DNA of 64,000 nucleotides from Escherichia coli (GTDB lineage Bacteria; Pseudomonadota; Gammaproteobacteria; Enterobacterales; Enterobacteriaceae): NCBI GenBank assembly GCA_022969815.1, contig GCA_022969815.1_4535.1; one strand, 5' to 3'. Shown piece by piece: positions 27,719 to 36,228 of this stretch (position 1 is its first letter; each line of letters starts with the position of its first letter). The notes under the pieces were generated by a model. It saw only the letters and a program-made list of their open reading frames with translations, ran no database searches and was not told where the DNA came from. The position numbers and the translations under genes were made by a program.

Positions 27719-28401
27719 CTACAATTATCGCAACCAAAAACAAGATCCTTAGCGACGGTAAAGTAACTTTCGGTGGTCGTGTAGATTCGACCAATTTCAA
27801 GAAAGTACGTAAAATTGGGGATTATCTCGTAGGTGGTGCAGGGCGTTTAACTTCGGTTTTAGCTTTCTTCCAGTGGTTCGAACAGAACCTGCAATGTGAA
27901 GCGGCGCGTGAGGCAGTGCCTGGATTGATGATCAGTTCTAACCCTGATCGTGAAGATGAAGAGTTTATTGCTCTCGTTGTTCACCCAGACGGACGTATTT
28001 TCCTACATGAAGGTAATGATCCTACCCGTGCATACCCAATCGACGAAGAATATTACGCAGTAGGTAGTGGTTCCGATTTCGCGCTCGCAGCCCTGGACGG
28101 CGGTGCTTCGCCAGAAGCTGCTATGGAAGTTGCCAAGAAGCGTGACGCATACTCTGGTGGCGAAACCTTCGTTGAAGAATTAGACGAGATCATCGAACTG
28201 ACTGATGAAGATCTCGAAAACTTCACCAAACAAGAACTGATCAACCTGCTTAAGTTTGGTAATCCTGCTGGTGAAGAAACTCCTCGTGACGTGGCAGGTG
28301 ACGAGACGGTAGAAGAAGTTGTAGTAGAAAAAGACTTGACTTCAAAACCGGAAAATATTAATCTCGTAAATGTAGCGGATTTCGAGAATCCCGCTTCTTA
28401 A
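27715..28401 (+). CDS. HslV (ClpQ)-like N-terminal-threonine peptidase with acidic C-terminal extension
   Basis: MTTIIATKNK...GGRVDS...KKVRKIGDYLVGGAGRLTSVLAFF and AVGSGSDFALAAL follow the HslV pattern (TTIV..., GFAGGTADAF, AIGSGG). Confidence 0.65.
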   Translation: MTTIIATKNKILSDGKVTFGGRVDSTNFKKVRKIGDYLVGGAGRLTSVLAFFQWFEQNLQCEAAREAVPGLMISSNPDREDEEFIALVVHPDGRIFLHEGNDPTRAYPIDEEYYAVGSGSDFALAALDGGASPEAAMEVAKKRDAYSGGETFVEELDEIIELTDEDLENFTKQELINLLKFGNPAGEETPRDVAGDETVEEVVVEKDLTSKPENINLVNVADFENPAS

Positions 28402-28407
28402 TAAAAC

Positions 28408-28430
28408 TGCCCCTTCGGGGGCATTTCTTA
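28408..28430 (+). terminator. intrinsic terminator
   Basis: TGCCCC-ttcg-GGGGCA hairpin plus TTTCTT. Confidence 0.7.
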
Positions 28431-28446
28431 CGCAGAGGAGATTATT

Positions 28447-28884
28447 ATGTTGAACGTTCCTGTTAAATTCGTCGATAGCTGTGTTAATGCTTACCAACAA
28501 ACTTGTAAACGTGCCTCAAACTGTTTGCAGTCTTTGATTCAAACGCGGTACGTGATCCAAAAGAAAAGAAAGTGGTTTGGTAAGGATTCTTATAGTGTTA
28601 ATGCGTTCGGGGAGTATCAACTCCAGTATGACGATAACATGCAACACATCTTAGAGTTTTTACTGATAAAAGATAAAATCTCCCCTGCGGATTACCAGTT
28701 ACTTAAATTCTACGATCAGAGTTTGTCTATTGAGGAAGTTATTCAAGATATCCTTTCTCGTAAGACAGATAAGAACACTGTTGGTATTACAAACTTAGAG
28801 ATGCAATTGCTCAATGAGATCTTTTTGTTTGTGGAAGATGAGTCTGTAACTAAGGAGGAGCTTTTAAATGGCTTTAAGCTATGA
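28447..28884 (+). CDS. hypothetical protein (145 aa)
   Basis: ORF with AGAGGAGA SD. Confidence 0.5.
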   Translation: MLNVPVKFVDSCVNAYQQTCKRASNCLQSLIQTRYVIQKKRKWFGKDSYSVNAFGEYQLQYDDNMQHILEFLLIKDKISPADYQLLKFYDQSLSIEEVIQDILSRKTDKNTVGITNLEMQLLNEIFLFVEDESVTKEELLNGFKL

Positions 28885-29377
28885 TCGTCCAGAGTCCGAT
28901 TACTATCCGACTCCGCAAAAAGCGATTAACTCGTTATTTAGCATTATTGATTTTAAAAATTTGAAAGAGGAAGGATTTACATTTGCAGAACCGTGTAAAG
29001 GACAAGCAGCGGCTATTTACCGTCACTTTCCTGAAGGTTCTCAGTATTGTGAGCTTGAAGAAGGTAAAGATTATTTTAGTCACGTATGGGAAAATCGTCC
29101 CGACATTATAATCACGAACCCTCCATTCAAGCTGGCATTAGAGTTCTTGGAAAAGAGCTTGAAAGAAGCAGACGTGTCAGTCTACCTGCTTCGCCTGGGA
29201 TTCCTTGAGTCAAAGAAACGTCGAGCGTTTCATCAAGAAAACCCACCTACGAATTTGATTGTACTCTCCGAACGTCCTTCGTTCGTAGCAGGTGGAACAG
29301 ATAAGACAGCGTATGCTTGGTACGTATACGATCCAAAACAAATTTTGGGTCTAACTCAACCATTTTATTTCGTTTAA
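28868..29377 (+). CDS. small DNA N6-adenine (or N4-cytosine) methyltransferase-like protein
   Basis: DYYPTPQ, FAEPCKG (motif I-like) and IIITNPPF (motif IV NPPF). Confidence 0.55.
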   Translation: MALSYDRPESDYYPTPQKAINSLFSIIDFKNLKEEGFTFAEPCKGQAAAIYRHFPEGSQYCELEEGKDYFSHVWENRPDIIITNPPFKLALEFLEKSLKEADVSVYLLRLGFLESKKRRAFHQENPPTNLIVLSERPSFVAGGTDKTAYAWYVYDPKQILGLTQPFYFV

Positions 29378-29387
29378 GGAGCACACT

Positions 29388-29624
29388 ATGGCTAAATTTA
29401 CTATGACCGTTTCTATTGATTTTGATGATGAGGACGGAGGCATTAACTTAGGTATTGCTCAGAGCCTGGAAGGTGATTTGAACCCGACACAAGCAGCTAT
29501 GGCGGTATTCTTTAAAGATGCCATAACAGTTACAGCAACACATTCTGCAAATCAAACTGTAGATTACGGTAGCATGGTTCAAGCCTTGGTTGATGCTCAA
29601 AACGGTGAAGATTGGGATGATTAA
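29388..29624 (+). CDS. hypothetical acidic protein (78 aa)
   Basis: ORF with AAGGAG SD. Confidence 0.5.
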   Translation: MAKFTMTVSIDFDDEDGGINLGIAQSLEGDLNPTQAAMAVFFKDAITVTATHSANQTVDYGSMVQALVDAQNGEDWDD

Positions 29625-29827
29625 TGGCTTATAATTATTATTGCGTTTACGCAAATGAAGCAAAGAAAGGCGACACTGGCACTAACGTCTATGCAGAATC
29701 AGAAACACATGCAAAAGAAATTGGTGCGATCCTTCTGTCACGTTGGACAGGTGGTAACTATTCTGCTGTGGATTTGTTCGCAGAAATGGATGATACCATC
29801 CAAGAAGATACTATCACCACAACCTGA
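29624..29827 (+). CDS. hypothetical protein (67 aa)
   Basis: ORF overlapping upstream stop. Confidence 0.45.
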   Translation: MAYNYYCVYANEAKKGDTGTNVYAESETHAKEIGAILLSRWTGGNYSAVDLFAEMDDTIQEDTITTT

Positions 29828-29850
29828 TATTGCTTGAAGTAGTTGGTACT

Positions 29851-29880
29851 CTCCTTGTTTCGGCAAGGAGGGTATTTTTA
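29851..29880 (+). terminator. terminator-like hairpin
   Basis: CTCCTTG-tttcgg-CAAGGAG followed by GGTATTTTTA. Confidence 0.5.
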
Positions 29881-29891
29881 AGGAGGAAGTT

Positions 29892-30083
29892 ATGCAAGAG
29901 AATGAAGAGGTAGTTGTTAAAAAGTTCCCGACACGTACACAGGCAGTCAACTTTGCTTCTGATTTGCTTGTAGATGTGGAAGGAGTTCTCATTAGACATG
30001 AAGGGGATTCCTGGAATGTCTCTTATAACGTAAACAGATCAATTATCTATTTAGGAGAAGAGAACTTCTCTCGTATAGATTGA
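29892..30083 (+). CDS. hypothetical protein (63 aa)
   Basis: ORF with AAGGAGGA SD. Confidence 0.45.
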   Translation: MQENEEVVVKKFPTRTQAVNFASDLLVDVEGVLIRHEGDSWNVSYNVNRSIIYLGEENFSRID

Positions 30084-30097
30084 TCGAAGGAGTAGTT

Positions 30098-30670
30098 ATG
30101 CGTTCTACTTACACAGGTAAGATTAATTCTGGTATCATTTTAGCAGCAGCAGGAATCATCAGCAAAACTTTCAAAGTGGCAAACCTACCAGAGTGTGTAG
30201 ATTTTGACCACGTATTCAATCCGTTAAATCCTTCTCGTTGTGTTGTTCGTAGCAATGTTGAGAATCCAAACGAGAACTTGTTTTATGTAACAGCACCTTC
30301 ACAAAGTATTCTGAACCAAGTGGAGGCTAAAATTATTACCGAAGGTAGTTATTTCTCATTACTACCTTGTAAATCGGTGGAGATTGAAGATAGTATCACC
30401 TTCGCAAATAACTTGGTCTTGACCATGTTCATGGTTTCTGATAAAGACTGTGGAGACGATATGGTTTTAGCTGTAAGGAATGTTTACGACACATTGGGTA
30501 TTGCTTATAGCTGTAAGTTGTGCGATGATTATAAATCTTGTTCAGACTTTTACATAAATGGTGTTCGGGTATGCCGTGTTGAATCCTACTGGGTGCAAGA
30601 CACATACGTAACAGTAGCGAACGTGATCAATGAACCTATGTTCAGCCACGCTTTAGCGTTAATCATTTGA
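30098..30670 (+). CDS. hypothetical protein
   Basis: internal ATG with AAGGAG SD (ORF track 30080..30670). Confidence 0.5.
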   Translation: MRSTYTGKINSGIILAAAGIISKTFKVANLPECVDFDHVFNPLNPSRCVVRSNVENPNENLFYVTAPSQSILNQVEAKIITEGSYFSLLPCKSVEIEDSITFANNLVLTMFMVSDKDCGDDMVLAVRNVYDTLGIAYSCKLCDDYKSCSDFYINGVRVCRVESYWVQDTYVTVANVINEPMFSHALALII

Positions 30671-30680
30671 GGAGGAAGGA

Positions 30681-31010
30681 ATGGAAATTACTACAGAACA
30701 GGCTCTTATCGACGAAGGGCGTAAAATCTTAGAGAAGCATTTGGGAGATATACATCAAACCCCTGGCTACTTAGGGTGGCGCATGGTTGAAGCTGTAGAT
30801 TTCCTTCCTCGTACAAAACAAGACGTTGAAATGCGTTCTCTGTTCTTGCTTGTCAAAGTAGACGGGGATACGCCTTTCAAACTCGCAGCTTCACACATTG
30901 AGAAGGTGGAGGAGAAAGCTTATTCAGAGTTTGCTGAACTCGTATTACAGGAGGATCTCGAAGGGAAGGTAAACATTTTTATTTTTCTGGATTTTGAGGA
31001 GGAGATATGA
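30681..31010 (+). CDS. hypothetical protein (109 aa)
   Basis: ORF with GAGGAGGAAGG SD. Confidence 0.5.
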   Translation: MEITTEQALIDEGRKILEKHLGDIHQTPGYLGWRMVEAVDFLPRTKQDVEMRSLFLLVKVDGDTPFKLAASHIEKVEEKAYSEFAELVLQEDLEGKVNIFIFLDFEEEI

Positions 31011-31744
31011 TTTTATATAAAGAGATTACCGTGGAGCAGGATCAAGACCTCTTCATTATCGGGGACTTGCATGGTTGCTACGATCTTTACTTGAAAGGTA
31101 AGAATTATCTTGGTATCCGAGATACAGATGTGGTTGTGTCTCTCGGAGATTTGACAGATCGTGGTAAACAAAACTTCAAATGTGTTGTGGAATTTACACG
31201 CAAAGAGAATCGTTATGCGCTTTGTGGTAATCACGAAGATATGATGATTAAAGGCTTACTGGAAGGGGATCGTCGTTACTACGAATGTTGGTATCAGAAC
31301 GGTGGTCATACGGTATTGGAAGAATGTGATGAAGAAGGATCTACTCTGCTCGCTACGATGGTTGAGGACAACCCTGTGATTTTGGTTGTGAACTATCGAG
31401 GTATGAAGTTAGGGTTTATTCATGGTGGATATCCTTCCTCTTTTGAATATCTCCCCCTGACAGACATACCACACCTACGTATGAGCAAAGCAAAAGAAGC
31501 TACTTTCGCTGAAGCTTTGATGTGGGATCGTGATATGGTGGAGTGTGCCAAAGAAGGCATGAAACTTCCGGTTGTTATGGGTGTTGATTATGTGTTTCAC
31601 GGGCACTCTTATGTGAAAGAACCTTTGATCAATGCTAATCGTGTTTATATGGACACTGGGTCTGTTTTCAATAACAACTTAACGTTTGCCTATTTTGATG
31701 CAGACGGTGGACTTCAGTTTTATTCAACTTTACAGGAGGATTAA
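31007..31744 (+). CDS. serine/threonine protein phosphatase (PPP-family metallophosphatase)
   Basis: GDLHGCYD, GDLTDRG, GNHE motifs in canonical order. Confidence 0.75.
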   Translation: MILYKEITVEQDQDLFIIGDLHGCYDLYLKGKNYLGIRDTDVVVSLGDLTDRGKQNFKCVVEFTRKENRYALCGNHEDMMIKGLLEGDRRYYECWYQNGGHTVLEECDEEGSTLLATMVEDNPVILVVNYRGMKLGFIHGGYPSSFEYLPLTDIPHLRMSKAKEATFAEALMWDRDMVECAKEGMKLPVVMGVDYVFHGHSYVKEPLINANRVYMDTGSVFNNNLTFAYFDADGGLQFYSTLQED

Positions 31745-32037
31745 TGTATAAAATTACAATCGTAGAATCTGTGGGCGAGATTCGTAAAGAAATTATTCTG
31801 GAGACGGAAGATCTGGAACTGGTACGTGAAATCATAATTGGGAAGGATGTAGATAAGGTTGAGTCGGACGCTCCGAATCTGATGATCGATGATCAATATG
31901 CAGAATTTCGTCGTATTTTTGAGGAGGAAAGGAAGAAGTGGGGCAAAGAACCACACGTTTTTCGTCCTTATAATCCATATCCTTCTGGTGATCCGTGGAT
32001 CATGACTAACAGAAACCCGTTTGAAATAACCTGTTGA
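31744..32037 (+). CDS. hypothetical protein (97 aa)
   Basis: ORF overlapping upstream stop (ATGA-type coupling). Confidence 0.5.
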   Translation: MYKITIVESVGEIRKEIILETEDLELVREIIIGKDVDKVESDAPNLMIDDQYAEFRRIFEEERKKWGKEPHVFRPYNPYPSGDPWIMTNRNPFEITC

Positions 32038-32045
32038 GGTGGCCT

Positions 32046-32624
32046 ATGAGCAACCTATTTTACACAGGTGTGGGAAGTCGAGAGATAACCCACGAAGAAT
32101 GGGATTTAATGGTCGCTGTAGCAAAGTGGTTGGCTAACTGTGGTTTTACTTTACGTTCAGGTAATGCAAACGGTAGTGACTCTGCTTTCGAAACTGGTGT
32201 AGAAGAATCTAAAAACAAAACTCTCAAGGAGATTTATATCCCTTGGGAGAAGTTTGAAGGCAATGATATCCCAGGTGAGAAGATAGTGCTTGCTAATCCT
32301 GACAGTATGAACTATGCTATCAGTCTCCAGTGGATAAAGGAAATCCATCCAGCATTTGATAAACTTAAACAAGGTGCACGTAAATTGCATCAACGCAACG
32401 TTCATCAGGTGTTGGGACAAGATCTGGAGCATCCCGTGCCTTCCTTATTCTTATTGGCATGTTCCAAAGAGGATAAGAAGGGAGATGTTATGGGCGGAAC
32501 AAGGACGGCGTGGCTCATCGCTAAAGCTAATAACGTTCCATGTTTTAACTTACGTGGTAAAACAAAGGAAGAACTTTATGCTTTTCTTAAACCGTTGGTC
32601 AAGGGGGCAATCAGTGGCAATTAA
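32046..32624 (+). CDS. hypothetical protein, possible Rossmann-like DprA/SLOG-type nucleotide-binding fold
   Basis: TGVGSREITHEEW ... LRSGNANGSDSAFETG glycine-rich motifs; assignment tentative. Confidence 0.4.
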   Translation: MSNLFYTGVGSREITHEEWDLMVAVAKWLANCGFTLRSGNANGSDSAFETGVEESKNKTLKEIYIPWEKFEGNDIPGEKIVLANPDSMNYAISLQWIKEIHPAFDKLKQGARKLHQRNVHQVLGQDLEHPVPSLFLLACSKEDKKGDVMGGTRTAWLIAKANNVPCFNLRGKTKEELYAFLKPLVKGAISGN

Positions 32625-33138
32625 GTTAAATCGTGCAAACGTAGGTAATCGTTTTAACCTTAGCCGTATAAACGAGGATACAGATGTTACAGCAGATATT
32701 GAAAAAATCATGCAGGGTATTGTCCATCACGGTTTGCGTTTTGCCAGGGATTTGGTAATCTTCCGTTATGACGGAGAAGATGATCGTTCAAAGAATGATG
32801 GGATTATCTTCGTAGATAAAGATTTAACCCAAGCAGATATTGAACAGATCAACCGTTATTTTATTGGTGTAGGGGATCTTCAAGACACGCAGCTTGCACG
32901 TATGGCAGAAATTCTGGCGAATAAATTGTTGCAAGATATCGGAAAAGTTCTTGACAAAAATCCAAAACATGTTATAGTGACTATCCACAAAATGAGTTTT
33001 ATTAAGTATCTTAACAAACCTGGTAAACTGGGTTATGGATGGATACGCACAAGTGGACCACAAACCACTCTCGAAACCGAGATGTGCTATACAATTGAAG
33101 AAGTAAAACGTGAGGAGGAAGAAAATGGCGGAATTTAA
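32614..33138 (+). CDS. hypothetical protein; GTG start with AAGGGGG SD chosen over long upstream overlap
   Basis: ORF track 32356..33138 overlaps previous gene by about 270 nt; GTG at 32614 removes overlap. Confidence 0.4.
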   Translation: MAIKLNRANVGNRFNLSRINEDTDVTADIEKIMQGIVHHGLRFARDLVIFRYDGEDDRSKNDGIIFVDKDLTQADIEQINRYFIGVGDLQDTQLARMAEILANKLLQDIGKVLDKNPKHVIVTIHKMSFIKYLNKPGKLGYGWIRTSGPQTTLETEMCYTIEEVKREEEENGGI

Positions 33139-33415
33139 TGAAGTGAAAAGTTACGAAAGCAACTTCGTAAGCAATTGGGAAGCATGGGATGAGATGGGTG
33201 TTGGTGAACTCTATTTCTACAATGTAACCCTTCGTCCAGAATATCAACATCTCATTCCAGAAGGCACTGTGCAGATCGGTATGTTCATGTCTTCTCAAGA
33301 CGGTGTTGTGCAGTTTGAGTTTTACTCTGACACAGAACTGAACGAATTCACTTATCGTGCATTCAATATCGTATTAGCTTTAGGAGAGGAGAAATTTTAT
33401 GACGACGAAGTATAA
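33125..33415 (+). CDS. hypothetical protein (96 aa)
   Basis: ATG with GAGGAGGAAG SD. Confidence 0.5.
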   Translation: MAEFNEVKSYESNFVSNWEAWDEMGVGELYFYNVTLRPEYQHLIPEGTVQIGMFMSSQDGVVQFEFYSDTELNEFTYRAFNIVLALGEEKFYDDEV

Positions 33416-33596
33416 AACAGTAGCAGAAGCACTGAAAGCAGCACACGAAGCCATTGCAGAAGCTGAACAATTGGCTGATGAAACTGGCACAAGTTTTCAC
33501 TTCTCAGTTGAATATGGGATGGGTGGTACTTATGACCCAGAAGATGAGAACGAATACACTGGGACCAACTGGCACCCATCTTCCCTCGGTTGTTAA
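33399..33596 (+). CDS. small acidic protein, member of tandem triplet with C-terminal W-x-SS-x-C tail
   Basis: shares AEAEQ ... YG ... W.PSSLGC pattern with the next two genes. Confidence 0.45.
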   Translation: MTTKYKTVAEALKAAHEAIAEAEQLADETGTSFHFSVEYGMGGTYDPEDENEYTGTNWHPSSLGC

Positions 33597-33610
33597 TAAG
33601 GAGAAATAAA

Positions 33611-33829
33611 ATGAGTGATCGTAATGCACAAGCATTAGCAGACAAAGCAAAAGAAATCATGAAGCTTGTGGATGCACTGGCAGCAGAAGCTGAACAGTTT
33701 GGTTTCGGAGTAAGCTTAGAAAATGATGCAATTTCTTTTGAAGATTGGCAGTCTTCCGCTTGCTATGGCGAAGGTGATGATGGTTTCACCGTGGATTCGG
33801 ATGGTGTTTGGTACAGCAGTAATTGTTAA
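33611..33829 (+). CDS. small acidic protein, triplet member
   Basis: AAEAEQFGFG ... VWYSSNC; AAGGAGAA SD. Confidence 0.45.
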   Translation: MSDRNAQALADKAKEIMKLVDALAAEAEQFGFGVSLENDAISFEDWQSSACYGEGDDGFTVDSDGVWYSSNC

Positions 33830-33838
33830 GGAGGGATC

Positions 33839-34108
33839 ATGTCAGAAGGTATCGCCTTAATCAAGGCAAAAGTTAAAGAGATGGAAGCATCACAACAGAA
33901 GTTCCGCAACGAGATTGAAGAACTTTGTGAGCAGTTCCAAGAACAAGCGTGGATCGGTGATTACGGGAATGGGGAAACTTATTACCCAACAGGAACAAAC
34001 GCAGAAGAACATTACCTCACCTATATCTGCGGAGACTATGATGTTGAGATTGACGAAAACGGTCTGATGACCCAAGGTCTTTGGGTGTCTTCCTCGGAAA
34101 TGTGCTAA
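33839..34108 (+). CDS. small acidic protein, triplet member
   Basis: ELCEQFQEQ ... LWVSSSEMC; AAGGAGGG SD. Confidence 0.45.
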   Translation: MSEGIALIKAKVKEMEASQQKFRNEIEELCEQFQEQAWIGDYGNGETYYPTGTNAEEHYLTYICGDYDVEIDENGLMTQGLWVSSSEMC

Positions 34109-34117
34109 TAAATAATA

Positions 34118-34139
34118 ACCCGCTTCGGCGGGTTTTTTA
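34118..34139 (+). terminator. intrinsic terminator
   Basis: AACCCGC-ttcg-GCGGGTT hairpin plus T6. Confidence 0.75.
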
Positions 34140-34150
34140 TTGTGTGAGTG

Positions 34151-34179
34151 TTGACAAGACACGAAGAACCTGGTAGACT
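34151..34179 (+). promoter_or_regulatory. sigma70-like promoter
   Basis: TTGACA - 17 nt - TAGACT immediately after terminator. Confidence 0.55.
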
Positions 34180-34207
34180 TGTCTCATCAACTAAGAGAGG
34201 AGGATAT

Positions 34208-35152
34208 ATGAAAGTATTAATCGGTAGTCGTGCGTTGGAAATGATTTGTCGTTCTCGTGGTGTAGAACTGTATCGTGCTTGCGTAGATCTGGATTACCTC
34301 TGCACTGAAGAAGAGTGGCAAGCAGAAGCCCAGAAATTCTCGAAAGATCGTTTCGTGGAAATTGTTGAACGTAAAGGTAACAAAGGGCATATCAAAATGA
34401 TCGCGGGTGCTCATCTGGAATACGATATTGCTCAACCAGGGGATTCTACAGAAGCATTGATCGAATACATTAAAGAGAATGCAGATCATCTGCCACATAT
34501 TGGTTACGATGTGGTTGCACCTTTGGATGTTTTGTATCTCCTGAAAATGAGTCACCGTTTTAAGAAGGACAGTCCTCACTTCCTGAAAACAATGAAGGAT
34601 ATCCACTTCATGCGTAACCTTGGAGCGAAGATCCCTGAAGAGTTGGAAGATACATACAAACTGCGTCAGAAGGAGTCCTATAATTACGGGCACCCTAATC
34701 TGAACGTGAAAAGTAAAGATTTCTTCAAGGGTGATGAAGTGCCTTATGTGTATGATCACGATACCATCCATGAAGCTGTTGCCGTGTTGGGTGATCCCGC
34801 TTATAAATCATACATGAAAGACGATAGCGAAGTGATGACCAGTAAAGAGAAGTTCTTTGCACAACCTAAACATATCCGTTTGCTGGGTGTTTACGAAGAA
34901 GCTTGTGTCCTGGCATTAGAGCGTTCACAGATCCCGTTTGGGGAAGATGTAGATGGTCCAACTCCTAAACAAAGTTTTATGATGGCTTTATCCAAAGTTT
35001 GTACCTCGATCACCAGTGGATGGTTTCGTGAATATGCCTGGGAAAACTTCCAAGTTGTGGTAAAACTGTATGAGCAAATGGGCCAAGATGATTACGTGGC
35101 ACGTTTTAAAGCAAATCTTCACATGGTGAAACCTTACGAAGGAGGTTATTGA
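34208..35152 (+). CDS. hypothetical protein (314 aa)
   Basis: ATG with AGAGAGGAGG SD; first gene of insulated four-gene cassette. Confidence 0.55.
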   Translation: MKVLIGSRALEMICRSRGVELYRACVDLDYLCTEEEWQAEAQKFSKDRFVEIVERKGNKGHIKMIAGAHLEYDIAQPGDSTEALIEYIKENADHLPHIGYDVVAPLDVLYLLKMSHRFKKDSPHFLKTMKDIHFMRNLGAKIPEELEDTYKLRQKESYNYGHPNLNVKSKDFFKGDEVPYVYDHDTIHEAVAVLGDPAYKSYMKDDSEVMTSKEKFFAQPKHIRLLGVYEEACVLALERSQIPFGEDVDGPTPKQSFMMALSKVCTSITSGWFREYAWENFQVVVKLYEQMGQDDYVARFKANLHMVKPYEGGY

Positions 35153-35153
35153 T

Positions 35154-35552
35154 ATGGGTTGGTGTGATCAGTCACAAAGTTACTTCAAAGTAACACATGT
35201 GGATCTCAATAAAGCAAGAGTGAAGTTGTTGAGTATTGAAAAAGAAACAGCAGCTATTGACAAACGCCTCCGAGAGAGTAAAGTGGTAATCACTTCTTGG
35301 TTCGGACTGAAACGTAAAATCCTTACGCAGCGAGAGCATGTAATTAAAAATATGCATGGTTGGGCTTGGTTCCACGACATGGCAAAACACTTGGGGTACA
35401 TTTCTACTGAAGAACACGACCTCTTGGAGCTACGTTATCGCCTTCCAGATGTAGAAGATTTAGACTTGTGGATCAGTTCCGAACAAATCTTCTTAACCGA
35501 GAGCGATTGGAAGAAAGTCAATATTTGTCTTAAATGGAGGGAGAATGAGTAA
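35154..35552 (+). CDS. hypothetical protein (132 aa)
   Basis: ORF abutting upstream stop. Confidence 0.5.
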   Translation: MGWCDQSQSYFKVTHVDLNKARVKLLSIEKETAAIDKRLRESKVVITSWFGLKRKILTQREHVIKNMHGWAWFHDMAKHLGYISTEEHDLLELRYRLPDVEDLDLWISSEQIFLTESDWKKVNICLKWRENE

Positions 35553-36228
35553 AGTAGTTTTATCAACATTTGATGGATCTGGAATCATGGTACTTCGTTA
35601 CGCAGAAGCAGGGCATAAATGCTACTGTGTAAATGCTGACGAAGGTGATCACGGGGCTTATGAAGTTCGCATGGAACATCCTAACATCACTTACGTGAAC
35701 GCATGGATTGATTCCAACTTCAACCCTGAAGATTACGGTATTCCTAAGCCAGATATTATCTTTGGCTTCCCTCCGTGTACCATGCTTGCTGGTTGCGGTA
35801 GTAAGCACGAACGTAGCGCAGAAGAATTGGAAGAAGCTTTGGCTAACATTCGTATCGTGGAAGCTTTAGGAAATAAATACAACGTTCCGTGGATGATTGA
35901 GAATCCAGTGGGTAAACTGTCAACATTGTGGCGTAAACCGGATTTCTATTTCGATCCTTACGAATATGGCGGATATCTGTTTGATGAAGAAGGCAGCTTC
36001 CACCCTAAAATGCCTACCCGCGACGGTTACACAAAGAAAACCTGTATTTGGCATGGCAATGGTTTTGTTAAGCCTGTGAAGAAGCCTGTGGAACATATTG
36101 GTTGCTTCTGGGGCTGGAAAAGTTTAGGCGGAGCAAGTGCGAAAACAAAACAACTCCGATCGTTAACTGCTCGCGGTTTTGCTCGTGCTGTGTTTTTATC
36201 TAACAACCTTTTAGATAAGGAGGAATGA
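35545..36228 (+). CDS. short DNA cytosine-C5 methyltransferase-like protein (divergent)
   Basis: LSTFDGSGIM (motif I-like FxGxG) and GFPPCTMLAGCG (motif IV-like Pro-Cys). Confidence 0.4.
   Translation: MSKVVLSTFDGSGIMVLRYAEAGHKCYCVNADEGDHGAYEVRMEHPNITYVNAWIDSNFNPEDYGIPKPDIIFGFPPCTMLAGCGSKHERSAEELEEALANIRIVEALGNKYNVPWMIENPVGKLSTLWRKPDFYFDPYEYGGYLFDEEGSFHPKMPTRDGYTKKTCIWHGNGFVKPVKKPVEHIGCFWGWKSLGGASAKTKQLRSLTARGFARAVFLSNNLLDKEE

Noticed and set aside
30098-30670. Possible lipoate/biotin ligase-like protein
   Set aside because: Only a weak C-terminal resemblance (FSHALAL); no catalytic lysine-binding motif recognised.
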